Origin: an uncultured Gemmatimonadaceae bacterium | GTDB lineage: Bacteria; Gemmatimonadota; Gemmatimonadetes; Gemmatimonadales; Gemmatimonadaceae | Reading direction: 5' to 3' | DNA: 64,000 bases | NCBI GenBank assembly: GCA_963781585.1 | Contig: CAWAGQ010000008.1 | Span: 256,001-320,000, forward strand | In this document: positions 49,567 to 59,454 of the stretch, in pieces | Layout: each line of letters opens with the position of its first letter | How positions within the stretch are numbered: the first letter of the stretch is position 1 | Position numbers and translations under genes: made by a program | Notes under the pieces: generated by a model | What the model saw: the letters and a program-made list of their open reading frames with translations, nothing else | Told to the model about the DNA's origin: nothing | The model's database searches: none

Positions 49567-50277
49567 GTGATCGCGATTCCAGCCATCAACCTGCGGGCCG
49601 GAATGTGCGCGCTGCCCGCCGAGGGATCGCTGCGCACCGATCATTTCCAAGCAGTCGAGCCTCTGTCGCTCGTGCGCTCGTACGTTCGAGACGGGTTCTG
49701 TCAGATCCACCTTGCGGACATGGATGCGACATCGGCGCATGCTGCCAACCGTGGGGTCATACGGGACCTGCTGTGGGATGGCGCCGCTGAGTTCTTGGTG
49801 CGCAGCGGAGTCTCCGCGACAGACGATGTGCGCCAACTGGTGAACTCCGGTGCCCGCTTTGCCGTCGTCGGAAGCTCCGTCGTGCCGGATCCCTGGTGGC
49901 TTGCTGACGCAACAGAGCTCTTCGAGAACTCGATCATCCTGTCGGTCGAAGTGCAGCATCGACGCGTCGCGGCCTGTGGTTGGAGTCCGGCGCGGCCAGT
50001 CCCCGTTGGCGAGGTACTTGACGAGGTCCAGGACGTCGGCCTTGCCGGAATCCTCGTTGAGCCCATCGACCATCGGCAATCCATCGCCAACGATCTCCGT
50101 CTCGTGGAAGACATCATCGACGCGTGCATCTGTCCCGTATACGTTGCCGGCGGGATTGCGTCGATGGGCGAGCTGCGTGCCCTTGAGGAGCGATTGGTCA
50201 CTGGAGCCGTCGTGGGACGCGCTTTGCAGACCGGCGCCTTGCACTCGCGCGTCGTCGCTGAGGAGTTTACGGCATGA
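49567..50277 (+). CDS. HisA/HisF-family TIM-barrel protein, divergent
   Basis: IPAINL, IHLADMD, VAGGI, VGRAL. Confidence 0.75.
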   Translation: MIAIPAINLRAGMCALPAEGSLRTDHFQAVEPLSLVRSYVRDGFCQIHLADMDATSAHAANRGVIRDLLWDGAAEFLVRSGVSATDDVRQLVNSGARFAVVGSSVVPDPWWLADATELFENSIILSVEVQHRRVAACGWSPARPVPVGEVLDEVQDVGLAGILVEPIDHRQSIANDLRLVEDIIDACICPVYVAGGIASMGELRALEERLVTGAVVGRALQTGALHSRVVAEEFTA

Positions 50278-50314
50278 TCACTGGACCGCCGCATTTGACC
50301 GAGCTGCTCGCGGG

Positions 50315-51121
50315 GTGACGGCTCCGTCGAATCAATCACTCCTGGAAGTTGTCACCGACATCGTGCAGGTGGCGGGCGACGCTGCGTTGCGTCACTTTCG
50401 GAAGAACCTCACGGTGGAACGCAAGAGCGATGGATCGGAAGTGACCATCGCCGACCGGGCGGCCGAACACGCCGTTCGTGATTGGATCGAAGCGCGCTTC
50501 CCGACCGACAGCGTTCTGGGTGAGGAGTTGCCACCAACTGAGCGGTCTCCCGCGCGGCGCTGGTACATCGATCCGATCGACGGCACGAAGAGTTTCATTC
50601 GCGGCGTACCGCTTTGGGGTTCGATGGTGGCGCTGGAAGTCTCGGGCGAGATCGTCGCGGGGGGGATCCGGTGCCCGGCTACCGACGACACCGTCGTCGC
50701 CGTGCGCGGAAGCGGATGCTGGCACAACGGAACGCGCACCCATGTGTCGACAACGGCGTCCATAGCGGACGCCACGATAGTGGCCACCGACGTGCGGTTC
50801 CCGTCGCATCTCCGGGGCGCGGAACGCTGGAGCGCGCTCACGCGTCGCGTAGCGATCGCCCGTTCATGGGGTGACTGCTACGGGTACGTGCTGGTAGCGA
50901 CCGGGCGGGCGGAGTTGATGGCGGATGACCGGCTGCACCCCTGGGACGTCGCCCCTCTTCTTCCCATCATCGAGGAGGCCGGTGGGGTGCTCTCCGACTG
51001 GAGTGGGCGCCCCGACTGCTTGGGGCCGGATGGCATCGCGTCGAACGCCGTACTGGCTACAGCGTTGCGCAGTGCGCTGGGAGTGCCTTCGCAGGTCCGG
51101 CGACTCAGAAGCGTTCCATAA
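50315..51121 (+). CDS. Inositol-monophosphatase family protein (HisN-like histidinol-phosphatase)
   Basis: VTIADR, GEE, IDPIDGTKSF, WGDCYGY, WDVA. Confidence 0.85.
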   Translation: MTAPSNQSLLEVVTDIVQVAGDAALRHFRKNLTVERKSDGSEVTIADRAAEHAVRDWIEARFPTDSVLGEELPPTERSPARRWYIDPIDGTKSFIRGVPLWGSMVALEVSGEIVAGGIRCPATDDTVVAVRGSGCWHNGTRTHVSTTASIADATIVATDVRFPSHLRGAERWSALTRRVAIARSWGDCYGYVLVATGRAELMADDRLHPWDVAPLLPIIEEAGGVLSDWSGRPDCLGPDGIASNAVLATALRSALGVPSQVRRLRSVP

Positions 51122-52472
51122 TCCGGGTGGGCACGCGGTTGGTGTCACCCACAAAGACGAACTTCACATCCCTCATGTATCGCTGGGCAACGCGGCGAAT
51201 GTCCTCCCCGGTAATGGCGCGAAGGTCGTTGCCGAAGCGGTCCGCCGCACGGTAGTCACCCTGATAGAGCTGCGCACGCGCGAGAAAGTCCGCTTGGTCA
51301 GCTGCCGACTCGTTGTCAATGAAGTACTGCGTGACAAATTGTTGCACCAGGCGTTCGAGCGCGCTCCGGTCGACGAATCCACCCTTCAGCGCGTCCAGCT
51401 CCTGCCGCATTACACCCAGCGTGACGTCAGGGGAGACTGTTGTTACGTACAGGCCGCCAGCGGCCACTGCGCGTTCGACAAACGGGGCTTCCACGGCGTA
51501 CGTCAGGTTTCGCCGGGATCGGATCTCGCTGAACAACTGACCCGAGAGCACCGCAGTGGCAATCCGTAGCGCTTGATAGTCGCGGGAATCCGCCGCGGGG
51601 CCGGCGAATTCGCCCAGGATGTAGTTGGTGGGCAGGGATCGCGACACCGCGAGCACCGCGGCCTGCGAATGTGGAAGCGTATCGGGCAAGATCCATCGAT
51701 ATGACCCGGCCGGCAGATGCCCCAGCGTTCGTGAGATCGCGCGCTCCACCTTTGACCGCGTAACATTGCCGACGACGACCAGAAGCATCCGGGATTTCAC
51801 AAAGCTTCCGGCGTGATAGCGGCGCAGATCGCCCACCGAAATGCGGGAAAGGGAGTACTCCGTTCCTGCCGGAGGGCGGGCGTACGGGTGTCCCGCAAAG
51901 GCAAACGAGTCAGCAAGGAAGTCAACCAGCGCATCTGGCGAGTCGCGACGTTGCCGTACAGCAGCCAGCAATTGACCGCGCACGAGTTCCACGTCAACTG
52001 AGTCGAGGAGCGGTTCCATCACACGGCTTGCGAACACGTCCCACGTGGAATCAAAGGTCGTGCGCGTGGCCCGCATGCCGATCGACGACCAGTCCGCCCG
52101 CGCACCGGTGACGATGGAAGTGCCCAGTCGAGCCATCAGCTGACGCAGACGGTCGAGCGAACGCGATTTCGTGCCGCGCTCGCTCGCCTCGAGCAGGAGG
52201 AGTTCTATTCCGGCGTTGTCATCCGAGACATTCCGTACGCCGCCAAGCAGGTACAGGTTGGCCACGACGATATCGCTCGTCGTCGCAAATCGCTGTATCA
52301 CGTGGAGGCCCGATACGTCATACGCGACCGTCCCCGTATCAGCCGCTTGCGCTCCTGTCGGTCGGGCGCCAGACGCCGTCGGCAACCGACTCGCCATGAC
52401 GGCAAGCACCGCCGCCACCGGAACCCGCGCACGGCGAAGGCCGATTCCCCTTCCCCATCCGGCGCGCTTCAC
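51105..52472 (-). CDS. M16 peptidase family, non-catalytic subunit
   Basis: M16 fold signatures (LFSEIRSRRNLTY), no HxxEH; overlaps the upstream gene. Confidence 0.85.
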   Translation of the reverse strand: MKRAGWGRGIGLRRARVPVAAVLAVMASRLPTASGARPTGAQAADTGTVAYDVSGLHVIQRFATTSDIVVANLYLLGGVRNVSDDNAGIELLLLEASERGTKSRSLDRLRQLMARLGTSIVTGARADWSSIGMRATRTTFDSTWDVFASRVMEPLLDSVDVELVRGQLLAAVRQRRDSPDALVDFLADSFAFAGHPYARPPAGTEYSLSRISVGDLRRYHAGSFVKSRMLLVVVGNVTRSKVERAISRTLGHLPAGSYRWILPDTLPHSQAAVLAVSRSLPTNYILGEFAGPAADSRDYQALRIATAVLSGQLFSEIRSRRNLTYAVEAPFVERAVAAGGLYVTTVSPDVTLGVMRQELDALKGGFVDRSALERLVQQFVTQYFIDNESAADQADFLARAQLYQGDYRAADRFGNDLRAITGEDIRRVAQRYMRDVKFVFVGDTNRVPTRIMERF

Positions 52473-53845
52473 GGTGTTCCGCGCGGCAGTACGTCCGTGG
52501 TCGCGAGCCCGATTCGCGAACGCGTACCAGGGGGCAAGAGGAGTCCCACGACTCGATCACGCTCCACGATGTACTTCCGCGCGTACCGTCGCAGGTCCTC
52601 GAGCGACTGCGCCGCCATGTTGTCCACGTAGCCCATGTAATACTCGAGGCCCGCCACGCTCCACCAGAATCCAAGGGTGTGAGCGAAGTCCGATGGACGG
52701 TCGAAGCCGAACGCGGTGCTCACCGCCCGCTGTGCCTTGGTGGCATCGAGTTCAGTCTGCGTGATATACCCGGAGTCCGCGAGCTGCCGGATCTCGCCAT
52801 TCAGGGCGCGAATTGCCTCCTTCAACCGCTCCGGGGTGGTCTGTCCCAATATGGTGATGGGCCCGACGTGATCGAGGGTGTAGTAGTTGACGAGGACAGA
52901 CTGGAATAAGCCCGAGTCAACCAGACGGCGTTGCAGCGTCGACCCCGGCTGGTTCAGGGCATCGGAAAAGACGTCTGCGGCGTAGGTTGCCGCCGGATCA
53001 CTGCGCACGCTGGGTCCCTGCCATCGCATCTCTACCGTCACTGCGCCGACAGGTTGCTCCACGAATACGGCTGCGCTGCTGTCGAGGGGAGGAATCGGAG
53101 GAATCGGTGCCACTTCGAACGGATCCGGGCGGCGCCTCCAGTCGGCCAGAGTGCGCTCAGCCAAGCCGAAGACCTGTGCCGGATCGACGTCTCCGGTCAC
53201 GATCAACGCGGAATTGTTGGGCACATAGTATCGGCCCTGAATCTCCCGCATCTTGTCGGGTGTGACCGTCGACAGGACGTCGCGGTCCCCAATGATGTTC
53301 TTCCGGCTCCATTGGCCAGGATAGAGTAGCTGATCCATGGCCTTTTCAAGTTCGAAGAACGGACTCGATTCGTTGCGGTCATATTCGCCGAGAACAACCT
53401 GTCTTTCGCGCTCAAGCTCCGTGCGCAGAAACAGAGGCTGTCGCAGGGCGGCGACAATCAACTCTAGCCCGCCCTCCAGACTGTCTGCGGGCAGCGTCAC
53501 ATAGTAGTTGACACGCTCTTCCTGCGTAGTGCCGTTGAACACGGCCCCCAGCTCCGACGCGCGTTCGATGAAGTCGTCCGGGTTGGGCAACCGGGCATTG
53601 GCCTTGAAGAACATATGCTCATACATGTGCGCCAGCCCTTCGTAGCCGTGAGGCTGCGTGAAGGACCCGTTCTTGACGTCGAACTCCACCGTGGCCAGCG
53701 GTACACCGTGATTCTCCGCGACAATCACCTCGAGCCCGTTCGACAGCACTCGCTGGTGAATGAACCGCTCCAACTCGGTCCGCTGCGCATGTGCCGCACT
53801 CGCCACCAACAGCGCGAGTACGGGAAAGAAGCCTCTTTTCACCAT
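52469..53845 (-). CDS. M16 (pitrilysin) family Zn peptidase, catalytic subunit, secreted
   Basis: GLAHMYEHMFF, NGTT, ERQVVLGE, YYVPNN; signal peptide. Confidence 0.92.
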   Translation of the reverse strand: MVKRGFFPVLALLVASAAHAQRTELERFIHQRVLSNGLEVIVAENHGVPLATVEFDVKNGSFTQPHGYEGLAHMYEHMFFKANARLPNPDDFIERASELGAVFNGTTQEERVNYYVTLPADSLEGGLELIVAALRQPLFLRTELERERQVVLGEYDRNESSPFFELEKAMDQLLYPGQWSRKNIIGDRDVLSTVTPDKMREIQGRYYVPNNSALIVTGDVDPAQVFGLAERTLADWRRRPDPFEVAPIPPIPPLDSSAAVFVEQPVGAVTVEMRWQGPSVRSDPAATYAADVFSDALNQPGSTLQRRLVDSGLFQSVLVNYYTLDHVGPITILGQTTPERLKEAIRALNGEIRQLADSGYITQTELDATKAQRAVSTAFGFDRPSDFAHTLGFWWSVAGLEYYMGYVDNMAAQSLEDLRRYARKYIVERDRVVGLLLPPGTRSRIGLATTDVLPRGTP

Positions 53846-53945
53846 CTTCAACTGAGCGGCACGACGTGGTACATCACGGTGGCGTCCCCTTGAACATTGC
53901 GCACGCTGGCGGTGATGAAGGACTAATGGTTTCTTTGAGCGCCCG

Positions 53946-54896
53946 ATGAACGCGTCCCCTCATTATTCGTCCTTCGTCGCTGCGGCCCGCACGGTACTTG
54001 ACCTCGCGCGGCTGAAACAGCACGAGCCGCTCGCTCCTTACACCACGTTTCGCATCGGCGGTCCCGCCGATCTTCTGTACGATGCCATCGATGCCGACGA
54101 TCTGGCAAACGCGGTCCTGACCGCTCGCCGAACCGCCACCCCTCATTTCGTCCTCGGGCTGGGGGCCAACGTTCTGTTCGGGGACCGTGGTTTCCGCGGC
54201 ATCGTCATTCGGAATTGTGCACGCGCATTCTCGTTTCGCGGACGGCATCTCCGGGCGGAAAGTGGTGCGATCGTCCGCGACCTGATCTTCGCCGCTGTGC
54301 GTCGCGGCCTCTCAGGCCTCGAACATTATATCGGCATCCCCAGTACGGTTGGCGGGGCGGTCTGGCAGAACCTCCATTTTCTCTCTCCAGCTCCCGAGCG
54401 GGCACGCACTATGTTCCTCGAGGAGATCGTCGAATCTTGCGAACTCCTGAGCGAAGAAGGTGATCGGCGCACCGTGAATGGCGAGTACATGGAGTTTGGT
54501 TATGACACGAGCGTGTTGCACCGCCGCCAAGACGTGGCCCTCGGCGTCACCTTTCAGCTGGGTGTCGATGACGTCCAGCGCATGCAACGTGTAATGCAGG
54601 AAAACCTGAGCTGGCGTGGAGCGCGTCATCCCTGGTTGGAGCTGTACCCCAGTGTGGGTTCGATCTTCAAGAAGATCGAAGCGGTGGGTGCCGGTCGCCT
54701 CATCGATCAATGCGGTCTCAAGGGTTACCGCGTTGGCGACGCGCAGATCTCATACGTACATGCCAACATCATCGTGAATCTCGGCTCCGCCACCGCTGCG
54801 CATGTCCGCGCTGTGATATCGCACGCTCAGGCGACTGTCCGTACCCGCCTCGGCCAGGAGCTGCACTCTGAGATCGGCTTTGTCGGGGAATTCTGA
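53946..54896 (+). CDS. murB: UDP-N-acetylmuramate dehydrogenase
   Basis: TTFRIGGPA, GIPSTVGGA, SVGSIFK, HANIIVN. Confidence 0.92.
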   Translation: MNASPHYSSFVAAARTVLDLARLKQHEPLAPYTTFRIGGPADLLYDAIDADDLANAVLTARRTATPHFVLGLGANVLFGDRGFRGIVIRNCARAFSFRGRHLRAESGAIVRDLIFAAVRRGLSGLEHYIGIPSTVGGAVWQNLHFLSPAPERARTMFLEEIVESCELLSEEGDRRTVNGEYMEFGYDTSVLHRRQDVALGVTFQLGVDDVQRMQRVMQENLSWRGARHPWLELYPSVGSIFKKIEAVGAGRLIDQCGLKGYRVGDAQISYVHANIIVNLGSATAAHVRAVISHAQATVRTRLGQELHSEIGFVGEF

Positions 54897-55202
54897 TTCC
54901 GCATGTCGCCGCCGCTGCTTTCCACTCGCCCGGGGTCTTGGAAGCCAGTCGATCACGGGTTGCCCGCACGCGTTCAAGGGTCGGCGCCGTTCCGCTCACC
55001 TGGACGCAACGATAGCGCCCGCGAGGATCAGCACCACACCCCACCCGGGACAGACCCGTTGGCGCCAGCGATAGGGGCCGGTCCCGGCTTGAGGTGCGGA
55101 TCTGATCTCGCTCACCAGCGCCTCGACTTGTTACCTCTTTCAGCCATCAGCAAGTCAGCTCTCTCCGGTCCTTTTGGGGGCGGGAAGCGAGTAGGGTAGC
55201 CC

Positions 55203-56222
55203 ATGATGACCGCGTTCAAGCCGGCTTGGTGGCTTCCCGAAGCACACTCTATGACGTTGTGGCCAAAGCTATTTCGCTCCGCAGCACTCGGCCCTACCAC
55301 CGCTGAGAGCTGGCCAACTCCGGACGGAGACAAGCTAACCGTCGTACGCATTAACGCCGGATATGCGACCCCACGTATCATTCTCTTGCATGGCTTGGAG
55401 GGTTCTCAGCTGTCGCACTACGTGCGCGGTCTGGCGGTCGAGGTGCGAACGCGGAAGTGGGGACTGGACCTCCTGCTGTTCAGAACCTGCGACGGGAAGG
55501 TGAATGCCACCCCGCGATCATACCACTCCGGTGAGACAAGCGACCTGGACCTCGTTGTTCGCCGAGTGGCGGAAGAGCATCCGGAGGCACCGTGCGCCAT
55601 AGTTGGCGTCTCGCTGGGCGCAAATGTCGCGCTGAAATGGCTGGGTGAGCGTGGTGACAGGTTGCCGCCCCGTCTCTTCGCAGCGGCCGCAGTCTCCACC
55701 CCATTTGACCTCAGTCAGTCCTGTCAGCACGTCCATCGGGGATTCTCACGCATTTACGAGCGCCACTTCCTCAGGACTCTTCGTCGGAAGGCGTTAGCGA
55801 AGCTCGATCGATTTCCGACTGCCGCTTCGAGAGCTTCCGTCGCGTCGGCCCGAAGCCTATGGGAATTCGATGAAGCGTTCACGTCGGTTGTCCACGGGTT
55901 TCGGAATGCGGATGACTACTACAGCCGCTCGAGTTCCCTGGCGTTCCTAAAGTCGATTCGCGTCCCAACATTGCTGCTTAGTGCCAGAGATGACCCATTT
56001 CATCCGCCGCAGGTGCTCGACCTTGTGGCTGACATTGCCGCTATGAACCCCTGCCTCACTCCGGAATTTCATGAGCGTGGCGGCCACGCGGGCTTCGTTG
56101 CTGGCGCTTTCCCGGGCAAGGCATCGTATTATGCCGAACGAAGGATTGTCGAGTTCTGTTCGCACGAGCTCGTCAGGGCACCCCCAACGGCCGGTGTGGA
56201 GCGGAGGAGGGCGTGCAGTTAG
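55203..56222 (+). CDS. YheT-like alpha/beta hydrolase
   Basis: LHGLEGS, YHSGET, GVSLGAN, ARDDPF, GGHAGF. Confidence 0.9.
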   Translation: MMTAFKPAWWLPEAHSMTLWPKLFRSAALGPTTAESWPTPDGDKLTVVRINAGYATPRIILLHGLEGSQLSHYVRGLAVEVRTRKWGLDLLLFRTCDGKVNATPRSYHSGETSDLDLVVRRVAEEHPEAPCAIVGVSLGANVALKWLGERGDRLPPRLFAAAAVSTPFDLSQSCQHVHRGFSRIYERHFLRTLRRKALAKLDRFPTAASRASVASARSLWEFDEAFTSVVHGFRNADDYYSRSSSLAFLKSIRVPTLLLSARDDPFHPPQVLDLVADIAAMNPCLTPEFHERGGHAGFVAGAFPGKASYYAERRIVEFCSHELVRAPPTAGVERRRACS

Positions 56223-56340
56223 GATGGTGGGGATCGTCCCCAGCTTGACTGGCGAGCCTACCTTCTTTGCAGCGTGACGTGAAGCGAGGGGCTTGGCTGA
56301 CTCGGGGGGATTGAAGTGACCGCAATCCGGATCGCCACTG

Positions 56341-56901
56341 ATGAGACTGTCCTTTGCCATTTCCTTTCTACTCGGCGTCGCGGCCGCGGTCTATTTTCTC
56401 GCTCGAGGAGTTGAACGTCTTCCGAAGGGTACGGAGTCCCTCTCTGTCGATCAGTTTGGCAGGCTCTCGAAGGCGGGCAGGTTAGCCCTCGGAGCTCCGA
56501 TTCTGGCTGCATTTCTCGTGGTCTTTGGACTGGCTGGATACATCGCTGGACAGGCGGGCATCCAAGGTAGCGGCACGCTGGTGCTTACTGCAGGCGTCGC
56601 CGGCTCGATGGCGAGTTGGCTCGCCGTCCGGGCGGTGGCACGCTGGGCGAGATATGCGGCGACTCACGATGCTCCAGACGAGCGCTACGAGCTGCAGGGA
56701 CACGTGGCAACAGTCGTCCGCGCGGCCGAAGGTACTCGCGATGCAGAAGTGGAGTATTACGCAAATGGACGGCGTGTCGTGGTACCTGCCCGGGGCGAAG
56801 GCCCGGCCCCGCTGGCGGTGGGCGCGGAGGTTGTAATCGAGCGACTCGAGATGGGGGTCGCCTTCGTTGAGTCATGGACGCAGGTCGAGGAACGGATCTG
56901 A
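56341..56901 (+). CDS. NfeD-like membrane protein (TM helices plus C-terminal OB fold)
   Basis: Three hydrophobic segments then LQGHVATV...VGAEVVIERLEMGVAFVE. Confidence 0.65.
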   Translation: MRLSFAISFLLGVAAAVYFLARGVERLPKGTESLSVDQFGRLSKAGRLALGAPILAAFLVVFGLAGYIAGQAGIQGSGTLVLTAGVAGSMASWLAVRAVARWARYAATHDAPDERYELQGHVATVVRAAEGTRDAEVEYYANGRRVVVPARGEGPAPLAVGAEVVIERLEMGVAFVESWTQVEERI

Positions 56902-56935
56902 ATCGAGCCCCGATCTCTCTTGCTGGAGCGTCGTG

Positions 56936-57250
56936 ATGACCGAGGCTGCAGTGTTCGTCCTGGTCTTCGGCGGCCTCTTCGTGCTGCGTATCGTCGCGGC
57001 GACCATCGTTTTCGGTGTTCTGCTGCCCAGGGGAGATCGATGTCCGAACTGCGACGCGATCACCCTTCGCGTGCGATCGCCGTTCTCGGATCGCTTCCTT
57101 CCGTGGTTTCGCAAACGCTGGTGTCTCGCTTGTGGGTGGCATGGCATGCTGCGCCGCGGCTCGCTCAGCCCGGAAACGGCGGACGTATCCGACCCCTTGG
57201 TCGACCCACCGCACAAGCAACCGCAACGCGACGTCCACCGATGGTCTTGA
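56936..57250 (+). CDS. Small membrane protein with zinc ribbon
   Basis: N-terminal TM helix; CPNC...CLAC. Confidence 0.65.
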   Translation: MTEAAVFVLVFGGLFVLRIVAATIVFGVLLPRGDRCPNCDAITLRVRSPFSDRFLPWFRKRWCLACGWHGMLRRGSLSPETADVSDPLVDPPHKQPQRDVHRWS

Positions 57251-57456
57251 ATCTCGTTAGGGCCGCTCGTGCATCAGGCTGCAGGATGCGCAGCGCGGCC
57301 GCCGACGCTCCTCCCGCTAGCCGATTAGGCACAGAATGACAATATATTGCGCTCAGGCACTAGGTTGCCGGGATGGAAACGTAGCATGCCCAGGGTGTTC
57401 CCTGATCGAGTCCGCCTTCCCACCATCGGGATCGACACGTACCCAATCCCTTCCCA

Positions 57457-59409
57457 ATGTCGCGCTCTGACTCCGCGCGTTCATTCGAGGCCGCGTTCGA
57501 CGTCATCGTAATCGGTGGCGGGCATGCCGGGACCGAGGCAGCCGTCGCGGCGACCCGTGCCGGAGCGCGGGTTGGCCTCATCACCAGCGCGGTTGAGACC
57601 ATTGGCCAGATGTCGTGCAATCCTGCAATCGGCGGAATCGCCAAGGGAACTGTCGTGCGCGAGGTGGATGCACTCGGCGGACTCATGGGAAGGGCAACCG
57701 ACATGGCGATGATTCAGTTCCGAATGCTGAATCGGAGCAAGGGGGCAGCCGTTTGGGCGCCAAGGGCTCAATGCGACCGGGGGCTGTACCGCCGCGCCGT
57801 GAGGACCCTTCTCGATCAGCATCCCTGTCTCTACATCGTCCAGGGAACAGTCTCTGCCTTGCTGCTCGACGGAGCCGAGCAAGGGGTGCGGGGAGTGGAG
57901 ACACTTGAGGGAAGGCAGTTCGGTGCGACAGCAGTGGTGTTAACAGCCGGCACATTTCTTCGAGGACGCATCCACATCGGAACAACGACACGATTCGGGG
58001 GCGGGCGGGCAGGCGAAGCACCGGCCACGCATCTGGCCGAACAACTGGAACGTGCCGGCTTCGAAATCGCGCGCTTCAAGACGGGCACGCCGCCAAGGAT
58101 TGACGGGCGCTCCGTAGATCTGTCGTCGTTGGAGCGACAGGATAGTGAGATCGCGCTCTACGACTATTCGTGGTCGCACTTCTGGGGGACCGCCCGTGTG
58201 CAGGAAGACGTCAGTCGACATCCACCCCAGCTGCCCTGCTGGATTACCTACCTCGAGTCTCCTGGCAAACAGCTCATCGGCGATCACCTTGCGCAGTCGG
58301 CCATGTACGGAGGCGTGATCAGCGCCCGTGGTCCGCGCTACTGCCCTTCGGTCGAAGACAAAGTGGTCCGGTTCACCGATGCGGAGCGTCATCAGCTTTT
58401 TCTCGAACCTGAAGGCCATGACACATCCGAATTGTACGTGAACGGTCTTTCGACCTCGCTGCCGGCAGACGTTCAGCTCGCCGTACTGCGGACTATTCGC
58501 GGCTTGGGGGCAGCGCGGATGACGCGCGCCGGATACGCGATCGAGTACGACTATTTCCCTCCCACGCAGCTCAAGGCCTCGTTGGAGTCGCGATCTCTGC
58601 GGGGCCTCTTCCTTGCAGGCCAGGTCAATGGTACCACGGGATACGAGGAGGCAGCGGGACAGGGGTGCATTGCCGGAATCAACGCGGCGCTCAGCGTGCG
58701 TGGAGCTTCGCCCATGGTGCTCGGTCGGGAATCCTCGTACATCGGAGTGCTCGTCGACGACCTCGTCTCCAGAGGTGTCGACGAGCCCTATCGGCTCTTC
58801 ACCTCTCGCTCCGAATTTCGGCTGACCGTTCGTCAGGATAACGCGCTCTCCCGACTCGCCCCCATTGCGACCGAGCTGGAGCTGTACTCTGACGGCGAAC
58901 TGGCACTCGTACGCCGGCGACGCCATGACGAGGTCAATGCCTTGCGCCTTGCCCGGGAAACGACCGTTCGACCGGAGGCGGTCGACGCGATGCTCCACGA
59001 AGCGAAAACGGCGGGCATCACTGCACCGGCCAGAATCGCTGAACTCGCGCGCAGGCCGGCTGTCGGGCTGCAGCACCTATTCGCAGCGGCCGGTGTCGGC
59101 GAGAACATCTGCAGTGACGCTATCACCACTGTTGAGCTGGAGCTGAAGTACGCCGGATACTTCGCGAGGGAACGCGCACAGGCAGAGAAACTGCGTCAAA
59201 TGGGAGCGTTTGCTCTACCCCTTGAGCTGCCATACGAGACCTTCCGATCGCTTTCCTCCGAAGCCCGCCAGAAACTGGCCTCCCGTAGGCCTGCCACCCT
59301 GGCGCAGGCGGGGAGTATTCCCGGCGTGAGCCCGAGCGATCTGCAGAACCTGGTCATCGAAGTTGCGCGCCTCCGTCGCGTTGCTGATCAAGTCGTGAAC
59401 GCGTCTTGA
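57457..59409 (+). CDS. mnmG: tRNA uridine 5-carboxymethylaminomethyl modification enzyme
   Basis: GGGHAG, MSCNPAIGG, RFKTGTPPR, GPRYCPSVEDK, GQVNGTTGYEEA. Confidence 0.97.
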   Translation: MSRSDSARSFEAAFDVIVIGGGHAGTEAAVAATRAGARVGLITSAVETIGQMSCNPAIGGIAKGTVVREVDALGGLMGRATDMAMIQFRMLNRSKGAAVWAPRAQCDRGLYRRAVRTLLDQHPCLYIVQGTVSALLLDGAEQGVRGVETLEGRQFGATAVVLTAGTFLRGRIHIGTTTRFGGGRAGEAPATHLAEQLERAGFEIARFKTGTPPRIDGRSVDLSSLERQDSEIALYDYSWSHFWGTARVQEDVSRHPPQLPCWITYLESPGKQLIGDHLAQSAMYGGVISARGPRYCPSVEDKVVRFTDAERHQLFLEPEGHDTSELYVNGLSTSLPADVQLAVLRTIRGLGAARMTRAGYAIEYDYFPPTQLKASLESRSLRGLFLAGQVNGTTGYEEAAGQGCIAGINAALSVRGASPMVLGRESSYIGVLVDDLVSRGVDEPYRLFTSRSEFRLTVRQDNALSRLAPIATELELYSDGELALVRRRRHDEVNALRLARETTVRPEAVDAMLHEAKTAGITAPARIAELARRPAVGLQHLFAAAGVGENICSDAITTVELELKYAGYFARERAQAEKLRQMGAFALPLELPYETFRSLSSEARQKLASRRPATLAQAGSIPGVSPSDLQNLVIEVARLRRVADQVVNAS

Positions 59410-59454
59410 CGTTGCGCTGGTCCCAGTGAAAGGAACTGGGACACCTGCCAACTC

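Noticed and set aside
54900..55200. Small minus-strand ORFs between murB and the hydrolase
   Set aside because: Short, interrupted and with no recognisable motif.
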